A stretch of DNA of 64,000 bases from Nitrospirota bacterium. GTDB lineage: Bacteria; Nitrospirota; UBA9217. The stretch is from assembly GCA_963790205.1 (NCBI GenBank), contig CAWBNQ010000003.1:992001-1056000 (forward strand). The letters run 5' to 3'. A program made the translations under genes and the position numbers. Below the pieces are notes generated by a model that made no database searches, was not told the origin of the DNA, and saw only the letters and a list, made by a program, of their open reading frames with translations. Below are positions 40,190 to 50,867 of this stretch, piece by piece; position 1 is the stretch's first letter; each line of letters opens with the position of its first letter.

Positions 40190-41254
40190 ATGGACAAACA
40201 ACAACTATACGACGTCGTCATACAAAACCTCCCCGTGGGTTTTTCCATCGTGGATAAGGACGGCATCATCGTCGATTTTAATTCAGCCGGGGAGATGATC
40301 ACCGGTTACCACAGGGATGAAGTGATCGGCAAACCGCACGTTGAGATCCTCCATGGCGCTCTTGAGAGAGACGCATGCCCTCTCTTTAAGCATGCTCTCT
40401 CGCGGCATGAGCAGGTAGTCGCAGTAGAGACCACGATAAGAAGGAAGGGCGGCGAGCTTGCCGCTCTCTCCGTTACGACCTTTCCGCTTCTTGACGATAA
40501 CGGGAACCTTTCAGGCGCTGTTGAACTTTTCCGGGACATCACTGATTCCAAACAGCTCGAACGGGAGCGAAAGAATATCCTTTCCATGTTCGCCCACGAT
40601 ATGAAAAACCCCATTACGGCCGCGGGAGGGTTTTTAGCACGCCGGCTTTCGGGCAAGGCAGGCACGCTCACGGAGAAACAGCAAAGCTATCTTGAAATAA
40701 TACGGAGCGAGCTTTATAGAGTATCGGACTTGTTGGCGGATTTTCTCGAATTCTCGCGTATTGAGGCAAAGGCATATATACCGGTCCCCCGCCCGTTCGA
40801 TATTGAAAAGAACCTGCGCAGAAACGTCGAAGCCGCAAAGATAGAGGCGGACAAAAAGGGATTAACCGTCCTCTTTGGGGTCGCTGGGGAAATTCCGCCC
40901 TCGATCCTTGCTGATCCGGCCATGATGGACCGGGTCATCTCGAACCTTCTCGATAATGCGATAGCCTATACGGACAAAGGCGGAACCATACGCGTTACTC
41001 TTTCGGAGAGGGACGGCGCGCTCCTTGTTTCCATTGCGGACACAGGCAGAGGCATTCCGGCAGATAAATTGCCCTATATATTTGACGCATTCTATCGTAT
41101 AAGCCGGGACACAAAAGGATCCGGGCTCGGATTGTTCATTGTCAAAACGATCATCGAGGCGCATGGCGGAAGGATAGGGGCAGTGAGCACGCCTGAGAAA
41201 GGCAGCACCTTCAGCTTTACTTTACCCAAAAGGGGACCGCTACCGGCATCCTGA
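40190..41254 (+). CDS. PAS domain sensor histidine kinase (no TM, no adjacent response regulator)
   Basis: PAS (N..E.ITGY..EVIGK), AHDMKNP H-box, NLLDNA, DTGRGI, GSGLGL; start uncertain. Confidence 0.9.
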   Translation: MDKQQLYDVVIQNLPVGFSIVDKDGIIVDFNSAGEMITGYHRDEVIGKPHVEILHGALERDACPLFKHALSRHEQVVAVETTIRRKGGELAALSVTTFPLLDDNGNLSGAVELFRDITDSKQLERERKNILSMFAHDMKNPITAAGGFLARRLSGKAGTLTEKQQSYLEIIRSELYRVSDLLADFLEFSRIEAKAYIPVPRPFDIEKNLRRNVEAAKIEADKKGLTVLFGVAGEIPPSILADPAMMDRVISNLLDNAIAYTDKGGTIRVTLSERDGALLVSIADTGRGIPADKLPYIFDAFYRISRDTKGSGLGLFIVKTIIEAHGGRIGAVSTPEKGSTFSFTLPKRGPLPAS

Positions 41255-41264
41255 AGACATAATC

Positions 41265-41487
41265 CCGGCTCAAAGAAGGCAACAATGAGAAGAAAAAGCA
41301 TTATCACCGTGATGATTGCGGTATTATTGTTAATAACCGTTTCAATTGCTTTTGCAGGACCCTGGAAAGGCTGCGCGAAAGCGGCGGCTGGGGCAGGGGA
41401 ACGCGGTATAACAGGATGTTCGATCCGGCAACAATAAAAACAATGCCAGGGACGGTCGAGGCTGTGGACACGATGGCACCCTGAAGG
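41265..41487 (+). pseudogene. Second decayed copy of the 25740 gene
   Basis: Shares upstream CCGGCTCAAAG.AGGCAACAATGAGAAGAAA; MRRKSII...AFAGPWKG then indels; RBS changed from GGAGG to GAAGG. Confidence 0.8.
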
Positions 41488-41499
41488 AGGTGGCGGAGC

Positions 41500-41715
41500 A
41501 TGAAAGTAGCGCTGTTTAAGGTGGATAAAAATCTTTGCGCGGAGTGTTCCCTTGCGCTCAGGCGGTTCATCGGCGGCATGGACGGCGTGAAATCCATCGA
41601 TGTGGAACAGGGGAGCATCGCCGTCAGGTTCGACGAGACCGAGATCGATGAGGAAAAACTTTCGAAGATATCAAAGGACAGTATCGAGCGGCTCGGGTAC
41701 AGGGTCGAGGAGTAG
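41500..41715 (+). CDS. Heavy-metal-associated (HMA/CopZ-like) protein
   Basis: 71 aa, LCAEC, GV..IDV, I.RLGY; AAGGAGG RBS; upstream of a P1B ATPase. Confidence 0.75.
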   Translation: MKVALFKVDKNLCAECSLALRRFIGGMDGVKSIDVEQGSIAVRFDETEIDEEKLSKISKDSIERLGYRVEE

Positions 41716-41940
41716 CGTTGGCGATATTTGACCTGGCCGGAAAACCGGCAGAAGACACGGAAGGCCCGCGTTCCGCTGATATGCGTCGGGAAGGGAAGAC
41801 GGTGAAAGAGAGAATATTTAAATTTTAGATACCCGGCCTGACCGGTGCAGGCAAAGAGCCCAGCTTATGCCAGATAAAAAAACTTGGGCACGCCACAACC
41901 ATGACGAACGGTGTCGCTTTAGCGACGATTGGAGGAGGCG

Positions 41941-44354
41941 ATGAAGGTCAAAGATCCTGTATGCGGAATGACTATAGAAGCTTCTGATGCTGCAGCCGTC
42001 TCTCTCTATAAAGGTACGACCTATCACTTCTGCTCTTCATCCTGCAAAGAGGATTTTGCCAAAGACCCGGAATCTTACCTCACGGTAAAGGGCGGACGTT
42101 CCCTCAAAACCATCGAGCCGAAACCCGGCGGGAAATTCACTTGCCCCATGCACCCTGATATCAGGCAAGCCGGCCCCGGCTCCTGTCCCAAGTGCGGCAT
42201 GGCCCTGGAGCCGGTCGAGCCGACTGTTACTTCATCCAAAACCGAATGGACCTGTCCGATGCATCCGGAGATCGTGCGCGACGCGGCGGGAACGTGCCCG
42301 ATCTGCGGCATGGCGCTCGAACCGAAAACGATCACCGCCGGGGAGCAAGAGAACCCCGAACTCATCGACATGACCCGCCGGTTCAAGATCAGCGTTGTTC
42401 TATCCATTCCGCTGGTCTACATAACCATGGGTAGCTTGATTCCGGCGATCTCGCCGGAGAAGTTCATTTCCCGGGAGATGCTGAAGTGGCTGGAACTGAT
42501 CCTGGCAACCCCGGTTGTGCTGTGGGGCGGCTGGCCGTTTTTCGTGCGCGGGTGGAAGTCGGTCATTACCTGGAACCCCAACATGTTCACCCTGATCGGC
42601 CTGGGCGTGGCCATTTCGTATGTCTACAGCCTCGTTGCGGCGCTCATACCGGGCATGTTCCCCGCTGCTTTCCGCGGGGCTCACGGAGAAGTGGCGACCT
42701 ATTTCGAGGCTGCAGCCGTTATCACGACCCTGGTGCTTCTTGGCCAGGTCCTCGAGCTGCGGGCACGGAGCAAGACGGGCGCCGCGATCAAGGCCCTGCT
42801 CGGGCTTGCGCCGAAGACCGCGCGCCGCGTGAAGGACGGGACGGAAGAGGATGTCCCGCTCGAACAGGTGCATGCCGGAGATCTCCTGCGCGTGCGGCCC
42901 GGTGAAAAGGTCCCCGTGGACGGCACCGTCGTGGAGGGAACCAGCAGCGTGGACGAATCCATGATCACCGGCGAACCGATCCCCGTGGAAAAACACTGCG
43001 GGCGACCGCGTTGTGGGCGCCACGGTAAACGGGACCGGATCGTTGATCATGCGGGCCGAGAAGGTCGGCTCCGAGACGCTGCTCGCGCAGATCGTGCATA
43101 TGGTGGCCGAGGCCCAGCGGAGCCGGGCGCCGATCCAGAAGCTGGCGGACATCATCGCCGGGTATTTCGTGCAGATCGTGGTCTCGATCGCGGTCATAAC
43201 CTTTATCGTGTGGGCCTGGTTCGGGCCGGAGCCCCGCTTTGTCTATGCTCTCGTGAACGCCGTCGCGGTGCTGATCATCGCATGCCCCTGCGCCCTGGGG
43301 CTCGCGACGCCCGTGTCCATCATGGTCGCCATGGGCAAGGGCGCCACAGGCGGCGTACTGTTCAAGAACGCCGAAGCCATCGAACTGATGAGAAAAGTGG
43401 ACACCCTTGTGGTGGATAAGACCGGAACGCTTACTGTGGGAAAGCCGAAATTGAATTTTGTGGTTTCGAATGACGGATACGACGAGAAGTCCCTGCTTCT
43501 TTATGCTTCAAGCATCGAGCGCGGGAGCGAACATCCCCTTGCGGCAGCCATCGTTGCAGGCGCACAAGCAAAAGGCGTTAGCCCGAAAAATGCGGGATCC
43601 TTCCAATCCAGTGACCGGAAAGGGGGTCACCGGCAGGGTGGACAGCCATGCAGTCGCACTCGGCAATCGCGCGCTTCTCGACGAGCTGCGGATCGACCCC
43701 GGCGGATTATCCGGAAAGGCCGAAGAGATGCGGAAGGACGGCCAGACCGTGATGTTCGTTGCCATTGACGGAAAAGCAGCCGGGCTTCTGGGAGTGGCTG
43801 ATCCGATAAAAGAAACAACGCTCGAAGCAGTCAAGTATCTTCATGCGGACGGCATCCGCATCGTGATGCTTACGGGCGATAACAAGACCACCGCTGAAAC
43901 GGTCGCAAGGAAACTGGGGATCGATGACGTGGTCGCGGAAGTGCTGCCGGACCAGAAAGCCGAGGTCGTGAAAAAACTCCAGGCCGAAGGCCGGTTCGTC
44001 GCAATGGCAGGCGACGGGATCAACGACGCGCCCGCTCTGGCCCAGGCCCAAGTGGGCATCGCCATGGGGACCGGCACGGACGTTGCCATGGAGAGCGCGG
44101 GCGTCACACTCGTGAAGGGCGACCTTCGCGGGATCCTGCGGGCGCGGCTCCTCTCGCGGGCCACGATGAAAAACATCAAGCAGAACCTGTTCTTCGCCTT
44201 CGTGTACAACTCCCTGGGCATTCCCGTTGCAGCGGGAGTGCTCTACCCGTTCCTCGGCATCCTGCTGAGTCCCATCTTTGCGGCTGCGGCTATGAGCTTC
44301 AGTTCGGTATCGGTGATCGGGAATGCTCTGCGGCTCCGGAGAGCGCGGATATGA
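41941..44354 (+). pseudogene. copA: Cu+/Ag+ P1B-type ATPase with YHS and two CPMHP domains; two apparent +1 frameshifts (~42994, ~43610)
   Basis: DPVCGM/FCS..C, CPMHP x2, [29 protein letters not shown] and MxxSS motifs spread over three frames. Confidence 0.88.
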
Positions 44355-44598
44355 GCGAGGGAGGCATGATGCATTTCTTCACCGGCCGAACTCGACTGCG
44401 GAGGATTATGCTGCGAAGAAAGTATTCGATTCGCATTATCTCGCGGATCAAACCGGAGGCCGGTCAAATTGATGCCCGACCCTCCATCGTCAATAACTTT
44501 TGGTATACTGGATATATAAAATCATACTCTGCTTCAGAGAACAGACAGGGACCTCAAACTAAAAGCATTGCCCTATCCATCCGTTGAAAACTGTCGGA

Positions 44599-44627
44599 GT
44601 GACTTCCTTTGCAGTCTGGTTTATAAT
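44599..44627 (+). promoter_or_regulatory. Candidate sigma70 promoter for the Rieske/cytochrome b operon
   Basis: GTGACT-17 nt-TATAAT. Confidence 0.45.
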
Positions 44628-44855
44628 CATGGACATCGGGCGCAGCGGCTCACAAAATACAAAACCCCTCTTCACGTACGCGGTAATAACCGGAGGGGAC
44701 ATGACTGTCGTGTTGGCAGTACTACCATTCTATCCTCTCTTTAGAGGTGTGATGGAAACGGGCATGAACCGTTCACCATCCTGCCGGGGCGGGATCTGTA
44801 AGGAAACGGCGGGCAACCCCCGCGGGGAACTGGTCCCGCATGCGAGGCTGAGACC

Positions 44856-45587
44856 ATGAATAAGGTGTGTCGTGTATTTGTACTCTGTTGGGCAGCGGTA
44901 TTTGTCCTGTGCGGGGCGGACGCGCGCGCGGAGCAGAGGCCGGGGGCCTGCGTAACATGCCACGAATTTCTTGGCGGCGCGCTTGCGCTGCCCGTTGCGG
45001 AGTGGAACACTTCGATCCATCAGCAGAATGGGATAACCTGCGATCTCTGCCACGGAGGAAATGCAAGCGTTGATGTGGGGAACGTCCGGGATCTTGCCGG
45101 GCAGGAGTTTGCGGACAGGATGTCGCAGGCAATGTCGCCATCCCGGGGCTTCATCGGCAAGCCATCAGGCGGGAAACTGTTCGGCCTGTGCGGTCGGTGC
45201 CACAGCGCATCCGTAGACCGGTACTCAAAGAGCATCATGGGCAGGGCCTATCTTGAGAATAAAGGCGGGCCCTCCTGCGTTACGTGCCACCATGCACACC
45301 GCAACGCCATGCCCGAGGTGCCCAGGGTCTGTGAAAGCTGCCATAAGGATACGGCGGGGTTCGACCAGATCGACCCGATGGACGTGACCGCCTCAACGGT
45401 GAACGCGTTGTCGGGCATACGGATCAAGCTCGCCCAGGCGAAAACGATCGGCAAGGAGCCGCCGTTCATACCCGAGTTTCCCGAGGACCTCGGTGCCTTC
45501 CAAATAGGATTCGTCGCATTCGGCGCGGTGCTCGTTCTGTTCGGCATCGGCTATCTTGTATACGTCGTACTGGAACGGAGGGGATGA
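44856..45587 (+). CDS. Membrane-anchored pentaheme cytochrome c
   Basis: Signal peptide; CVTCH, CDLCH, CGRCH, CVTCH, CESCH; C-terminal TM. Confidence 0.9.
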   Translation: MNKVCRVFVLCWAAVFVLCGADARAEQRPGACVTCHEFLGGALALPVAEWNTSIHQQNGITCDLCHGGNASVDVGNVRDLAGQEFADRMSQAMSPSRGFIGKPSGGKLFGLCGRCHSASVDRYSKSIMGRAYLENKGGPSCVTCHHAHRNAMPEVPRVCESCHKDTAGFDQIDPMDVTASTVNALSGIRIKLAQAKTIGKEPPFIPEFPEDLGAFQIGFVAFGAVLVLFGIGYLVYVVLERRG

Positions 45588-45588
45588 T

Positions 45589-45852
45589 ATGAGCTTTGAG
45601 ATCATACAGGAAAAGAGGCCTGCCTATCCGAAGGCCGCCATGATCGCGGTCCTGGTCCTGTCAATCCTGCTTCTCGGCGCCGGCGGCGCGTTCGCCTATT
45701 TCATGGTGTCCGGAGAGGGAAATGACTACCTTTGGGGCACCCTGCTGGCCTCCGAGTTCCTGATCGCAGGCATTGAGATCCTTCTCTTTGCACGTTATTT
45801 TATTCCCTTCAGGGAGGTATCGGAGGACCGCGAGGAGGAGTTGCTATGGTAG
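45589..45852 (+). CDS. Small two-TM membrane protein
   Basis: GGAGGG RBS, tightly packed between the cytochrome and Rieske genes. Confidence 0.7.
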   Translation: MSFEIIQEKRPAYPKAAMIAVLVLSILLLGAGGAFAYFMVSGEGNDYLWGTLLASEFLIAGIEILLFARYFIPFREVSEDREEELLW

Positions 45853-46460
45853 ACGGGAACGCGGGGAACGGGGGCAATAAGGATGGCATCACCCGGAGGA
45901 GGTTCACCCTCGGGATGCTCGTTGCGTCTATCGCAGGCGCCTTCGGGTCTCTTGTCGCCCTGCTCAAAGTGCTGGCTCCCGAAAAGAAGGGCGGAGGCTA
46001 TTTAACGACCATTAAACCGGGTGACGGGCTTGTGTATGCCCAGGGAGGCAATGCGGGGGCAGCCATCGCTGCTTCGTCGATGAAGGCGGGCGACGCCGTG
46101 CTCGCCTATCCCACGGGCAAGTCATCGAACCCCGCAAACCTCGTCCAGTTGATCAAACTGGAGGAGAAAGCATTCGAACCTCCCACCGACATGGCACTGA
46201 CGGACCAGGGGTTCGTGGCCTACAGCGCCATCTGCACCCATCTCGGCTGCACCGTCTCCTGGATGGCAAACAAGGAATCACCCGCTGCGTCGTTCACGGA
46301 ATGCTACTGCCACAACAGCATTTTCAATCCTGCCCAAGGGGCGAAGGTCATGGGCGGGCCCGCGCCGATCCCGCTCGCGCAGATCGGAGTGAAGGTGATG
46401 CAGGACGGAACGCTTGCCTTTACGAGCGATTTCAACGGCCCGATCGGGCCGCAGGTATAG
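45846..46460 (+). CDS. qcrA: Rieske [2Fe-2S] subunit (QcrA/PetC-like)
   Basis: Tat-like TRRRF plus TM; CTHLGC and CYCHNS boxes; GGPAP.PL. Confidence 0.92.
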   Translation: MVDGNAGNGGNKDGITRRRFTLGMLVASIAGAFGSLVALLKVLAPEKKGGGYLTTIKPGDGLVYAQGGNAGAAIAASSMKAGDAVLAYPTGKSSNPANLVQLIKLEEKAFEPPTDMALTDQGFVAYSAICTHLGCTVSWMANKESPAASFTECYCHNSIFNPAQGAKVMGGPAPIPLAQIGVKVMQDGTLAFTSDFNGPIGPQV

Positions 46461-46477
46461 GGAGGCGAGGACACGCC

Positions 46478-47731
46478 ATGATCTTCAAATGGTTCGATGA
46501 ACGGCTGGAGCTTAGAAAGTTCAAGGAGAAGTTCCTGAGCAAAACATTCCCGACCCACCCCACGTTCCTGCTCGGAGAAACGGCGTTGTTCTCCTTCATT
46601 ACCCTTGTCGCAACAGGCGTCTTTCTCGGATTTCTCTATGAGCCTTCAACCACGATGGTGTCCCTCTTCGGGGCGATGGTCCCGGCAGCCTATGCGAGCG
46701 TGGTGAGAATAGATCTCCTCCCCATGGGACTGGTCATCAGACGCATCCATCACTGGTCGGCAATGATCATGATCGCCGCCATACTCGCGCATCTCCTGAG
46801 GATCTACTTTACCGCGTCCTACCGGAAACCGCGGGAGGTCAACTGGCTCGTGGGGCTCAGCTTGTGGGGCACGGCCATGGTCGCGGCGTTCACCGGCTAT
46901 TTGCTGCCCTACAGTCAGTTCTCGGTGACCGCCACGTCCATTGCCTATTATATGGCAAAGTCGGTGCCATGGGTCGGGGAATGGACGTCCCGGCTTCTCT
47001 TTGCCGGCGACTTCCCTTCGGACGGGACCGTCCCCCGTTTTTTCTTCATGCATGTCATGCTGATTCCAGCCGTACTGGCCAGTCTCATCGGTCTGCACAT
47101 GCTCATCCTGGTCAAGCAGAAGCACACGGAGCCCCGGTCCAACAAGGCCCGAAGGGAGGCGCAGGGCGGGAAGAGGCTCATCGGCATCCCGATCTGGCCG
47201 GAACAGGGCGTCATCAGCCTGTCGTTTTACCTGTTTTTACTGTTCGTGGTCGTGACCATGGCGACGTATATCCCCTTGAACCCGATAGAAACGTACGGCC
47301 CGCCGTCGCCGGGAACTCCCGTGATGAGGCCTGACTGGTATTTCCTCGTCGTGTACGGTTTCCTGAAGCTCGTGCCCGGCTACCTGTCCTTTTCAATCCT
47401 GGGAGGGAAGATCACGCCCGAGACCATCGGCGGCGTCATCTTTCCCGCATCCACCTTCGTTGTGTATGCATTGATCCCTTTCCTCGACCGGTCAAAGGAA
47501 CCGCAGCACTATATGGAAAATCCGCTCCACAGGCCCTTCATGACCTCGTTAGGCATCGGGGGGATTGTTTTCCTCTGCATGATGGTCGTGGCCGGCTACA
47601 TAGACGTGCTCCATATCACGCCGAAGGCAATGACGACCTATGCGATCTTCGCAACGGCGGCGGCCTGGGGTCTCAGCTACGCGTTGTTGCGCCGGTACAA
47701 CAGAAAGAGAGGCAACAATGACAAAGCTTGA
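46478..47731 (+). CDS. qcrB: Cytochrome b of a Rieske/cytochrome b complex (unsplit)
   Basis: RRIHHWSA..AH, YRKPREVNW, TGYLLPY, H-x14-H, PDWY Qo motif. Confidence 0.93.
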   Translation: MIFKWFDERLELRKFKEKFLSKTFPTHPTFLLGETALFSFITLVATGVFLGFLYEPSTTMVSLFGAMVPAAYASVVRIDLLPMGLVIRRIHHWSAMIMIAAILAHLLRIYFTASYRKPREVNWLVGLSLWGTAMVAAFTGYLLPYSQFSVTATSIAYYMAKSVPWVGEWTSRLLFAGDFPSDGTVPRFFFMHVMLIPAVLASLIGLHMLILVKQKHTEPRSNKARREAQGGKRLIGIPIWPEQGVISLSFYLFLLFVVVTMATYIPLNPIETYGPPSPGTPVMRPDWYFLVVYGFLKLVPGYLSFSILGGKITPETIGGVIFPASTFVVYALIPFLDRSKEPQHYMENPLHRPFMTSLGIGGIVFLCMMVVAGYIDVLHITPKAMTTYAIFATAAAWGLSYALLRRYNRKRGNNDKA

Positions 47732-48473
47732 TGGCGGTCTCGTTTGCGCCCTTCTCCTGTGCGGCGCATTCATAGTTGCCGCGCCGGCCTATGCCGCCGG
47801 CGATAAAAAAACCGGGAATTCCTGCGTTGCTTGCCATTCCGGACTTCCGGGCAGCAGTTTCGTGGGCGCAAAGTCACACAGTTGGAAAGGATCGGTCCAC
47901 CAGAAGCACGGAGTGACCTGCGACAAATGCCATGGAGGCGATCCCCGCGCTCACGGGCAGCAAGAGGCCCATACCGGGGTCCTCGCTTCCAGCGATCCTC
48001 AAAGCTCGGTTTACTTCAAGAATATTCCGACAACCTGCGGCAAGTGCCACGGAGCCGAGTTCTATAAATTCACCCAAAGCCTGCATTACAAAAGGCTTGA
48101 ATCGGAGGGAAAGGGCCCCGAATGCGTAACGTGCCACGGCTCGATGGTCACCGGTATTTTAACGCCCGACACCATTGCGGCCGTGTGCGAGCGGTGTCAT
48201 AACTCGCGGATGGGGGTCTTCCCCTATGTGCCGGAAAAAGCAAAGGCGGTATTGCTCTTGCTGAAGCAGAGCAGCGCCCTTCTCAATGCGGATGCGAAGC
48301 TTTACCATCCTGCCGAAGGCACTGAAAAAGCCAGGGCCCTGCGCGATGCCCGGTCATACCTCCACTCCGCCATGCTGGATTGGCACAAATTCGACCTGGA
48401 CACGATCATCGCCGATCTGCAGGACCTGTACAATTCCGTGAACAAACTGTCTCCTGGAAACCCGCAACAATAA
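47718..48473 (+). CDS. Periplasmic pentaheme cytochrome c
   Basis: Signal peptide; CVACH, CDKCH, CGKCH, CVTCH, CERCH. Confidence 0.9.
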   Translation: MTKLDGGLVCALLLCGAFIVAAPAYAAGDKKTGNSCVACHSGLPGSSFVGAKSHSWKGSVHQKHGVTCDKCHGGDPRAHGQQEAHTGVLASSDPQSSVYFKNIPTTCGKCHGAEFYKFTQSLHYKRLESEGKGPECVTCHGSMVTGILTPDTIAAVCERCHNSRMGVFPYVPEKAKAVLLLLKQSSALLNADAKLYHPAEGTEKARALRDARSYLHSAMLDWHKFDLDTIIADLQDLYNSVNKLSPGNPQQ

Positions 48474-48657
48474 GCGGATCATCATACAATTGTGAGACCA
48501 GGCATGATCGATGTATTGTATCAAATATCTTTATTGCGAAAAGAGGGGATGGCTATGATATAACAAAAAGCGTGGGATGGGCATCTCTGAAGATATTTGA
48601 AATTAATCCGTTCAAACAGGAATATCTTCTTGAATTATTACGAAAAGGGGAGGACCT

Positions 48658-49107
48658 ATGATTTCAAAGATTCTTGTACCAATAGACGGTTCAAAAGCGT
48701 CACAGAAGGCGGCAAAATATGCGGTCGAGCTAGCGAAGCAGACAGGCGCATCTTTGACGCTGCTGAGTGTCATCGACAATCGCTTCGTTGTCGGTACGGC
48801 TGTTTCTGCTTCCGCATCGCCCACCCATTTAAAAGAGGCTGTCGAAGATTATCTGAAGCAGTCAGCGCAATCCTCCACGGACGAGATAGCAAGAGAATGC
48901 AAACGGAATCGCATTCAATACAAAGCGACAATAAGGACAGGGCATCCTGTGGAAGAAATTGTGAACGAGGCAACAAAATCAAAAGCTGATTTGATAATTA
49001 TGGGCTCCCATGGCAAAAGCGCCCTTAAAGCGGCCGTGCTCGGCAGCATTACGTACGGAGTAATGCACAAGGATACGAAAATCCCTGTACTCATCGTGAG
49101 GAGATAA
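48658..49107 (+). CDS. Universal stress protein
   Basis: [28 protein letters not shown]. Confidence 0.93.
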   Translation: MISKILVPIDGSKASQKAAKYAVELAKQTGASLTLLSVIDNRFVVGTAVSASASPTHLKEAVEDYLKQSAQSSTDEIARECKRNRIQYKATIRTGHPVEEIVNEATKSKADLIIMGSHGKSALKAAVLGSITYGVMHKDTKIPVLIVRR

Positions 49108-49148
49108 ATGGAAGGTCTGGAAAACAGTCCTCACGGCAGGGGATAAAA

Positions 49149-49174
49149 AAAGGCAAGGCAGCCGCCTTGCCTTT
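49149..49174. terminator. Terminator-like hairpin
   Basis: AAAGGCAAGGC-AGCC-GCCTTGCCTTT perfect 11-bp stem. Confidence 0.55.
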
Positions 49175-49186
49175 GAAGGAAACGCT

Positions 49187-50842
49187 ATGAACGTGAGCCC
49201 TTTTGCAGGAAAGCCGGCCGAGCCATCGATGTTCGTCAACGTGCCCAAACTGATCACGGCCTATTATACCGGGGTGCCTGACCCTTCGGTGCCGGAGCAA
49301 CGGGTTTCCTTCGGCACCTCAGGGCATCGTGGTTCTGCATTCGAGAAGGCTTTCAATGAACGGCATATCCTCGCCATCACCCAGGCCATTTGCCTTTACC
49401 GGGAGCAGAAGAAGATCGACGGCCCGCTGTTTCTCGGCATGGACACGCACGCCCTTTCCGTGCCTGCTTTTGCCAGCGCCCTGGAAGTTTTGGCGGCCAA
49501 CGTCGTGGAGGTCATGGTCGCGGAGAAAGACGAATACACTCCTACTCCCGTTATTTCCCACGCAATTCTCACGTACAACCGCGGGCGCAAGACCGGGCTC
49601 GCCGACGGCATTGTCATCACGCCGTCACACAATCCGCCACATGACGGCGGGTTCAAATATAATCCCCCAAACGGCGGGCCGGCGGAACGCGCCGTCACCG
49701 CCTGGATCGAGGCGAAGGCAAACGAGTTCCTCGAGAATGACCTTCGGGGTTTGAAAAGGATTTCTTTCGAGAAAGCGATTCATGCCGATACGACGCACCG
49801 GCATGATTATCTCAATGCTTACATTACTGATCTCGCCAACGTGATCGACATGGACGCTATTCGCGCCGTGAAGATCGGCATGGGAGTCGATCCACTCGGC
49901 GGCGCCGGCGTCCACTACTGGGGGCCGATCGCCGAGCGCTACGGGCTGAACCTCACCGTCGTGAACGATGCCGTAGACCCGACCTTTCGTTTCATGACCG
50001 TCGACTGGGACGGCCAGATCCGCATGGACCCATCATCATCTTACGCAATGCAGCGGATGATCGGCCTGAAGGACCGCTTCGATGTCTCTTTCGCCTGCGA
50101 CACCGACGCTGATCGGCACGGCATCGTAACACGCAAGGCCGGATTGATGAACCCTAACCACTACCTTGCGGTCGCCGTTTTCTACCTTTTCCAGCACCGA
50201 CCGAAGTGGAGCAAGGGTGCGGCTGTAGGCAAGACGGTGGTGAGCAGCCAGATGATCGATCGTGTCACCGCGAAGCTTGGCCGGCGGCTTTACGAGGTGC
50301 CGGTCGGCTTCAAGTGGTTCGTTGATGGCTTGCTTGACGGTTTGCTTGGCTTCGGTGGCGAAGAGAGCGCGGGCGCTTCATTCCTGCGTCGCGACGGTAC
50401 CGTCTGGACGACGGACAAGGACGGAATCGTCCCGGCTTTGCTGGCTGCGGAGATCACAGCCCGGATGGGCCGCGATCCCGGAGAAATCTACCGCGAACTC
50501 ACGCGCGAGTTCGGTGAACCTGCCTATGACCGCGTTGAGGCGCCGGCCACTCCCGAGCAAAAGGAACTGTTGTCGAAACTCTCACCGCGGCAGGTCAAGC
50601 TCGCCGAGCTGGCGGGCGAGAAGATCCAGGCTGTCCTCACCCGCGCTCCGGGCAACGACGCACCCATTGGCGGGTTGAAAGTGGTGACCGGGAACGGATG
50701 GTTCGCGGCTCGTCCGTCGGGGACCGAGAATATCTACAAGATCTATGCTGAGAGCTTTCGTGGAGCCGATCATCTGCGCCGCATCCTGGAAGAAGCGCAG
50801 ACGATCGTCAGCGATGCATTAGCTGCTGTGCCACAGCTGTAA
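49187..50842 (+). CDS. pgm: Phosphoglucomutase
   Basis: [37 protein letters not shown]. Confidence 0.97.
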   Translation: MNVSPFAGKPAEPSMFVNVPKLITAYYTGVPDPSVPEQRVSFGTSGHRGSAFEKAFNERHILAITQAICLYREQKKIDGPLFLGMDTHALSVPAFASALEVLAANVVEVMVAEKDEYTPTPVISHAILTYNRGRKTGLADGIVITPSHNPPHDGGFKYNPPNGGPAERAVTAWIEAKANEFLENDLRGLKRISFEKAIHADTTHRHDYLNAYITDLANVIDMDAIRAVKIGMGVDPLGGAGVHYWGPIAERYGLNLTVVNDAVDPTFRFMTVDWDGQIRMDPSSSYAMQRMIGLKDRFDVSFACDTDADRHGIVTRKAGLMNPNHYLAVAVFYLFQHRPKWSKGAAVGKTVVSSQMIDRVTAKLGRRLYEVPVGFKWFVDGLLDGLLGFGGEESAGASFLRRDGTVWTTDKDGIVPALLAAEITARMGRDPGEIYRELTREFGEPAYDRVEAPATPEQKELLSKLSPRQVKLAELAGEKIQAVLTRAPGNDAPIGGLKVVTGNGWFAARPSGTENIYKIYAESFRGADHLRRILEEAQTIVSDALAAVPQL

Positions 50843-50867
50843 GATAAAATACATTTGGAGGAAAACC

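Noticed and set aside
25833..41420. CRISPR or attachment-site interpretation of the repeated 47-nt segment
   Set aside because: The copies are kilobases apart and are coding-gene fragments; no cas or integrase gene was seen
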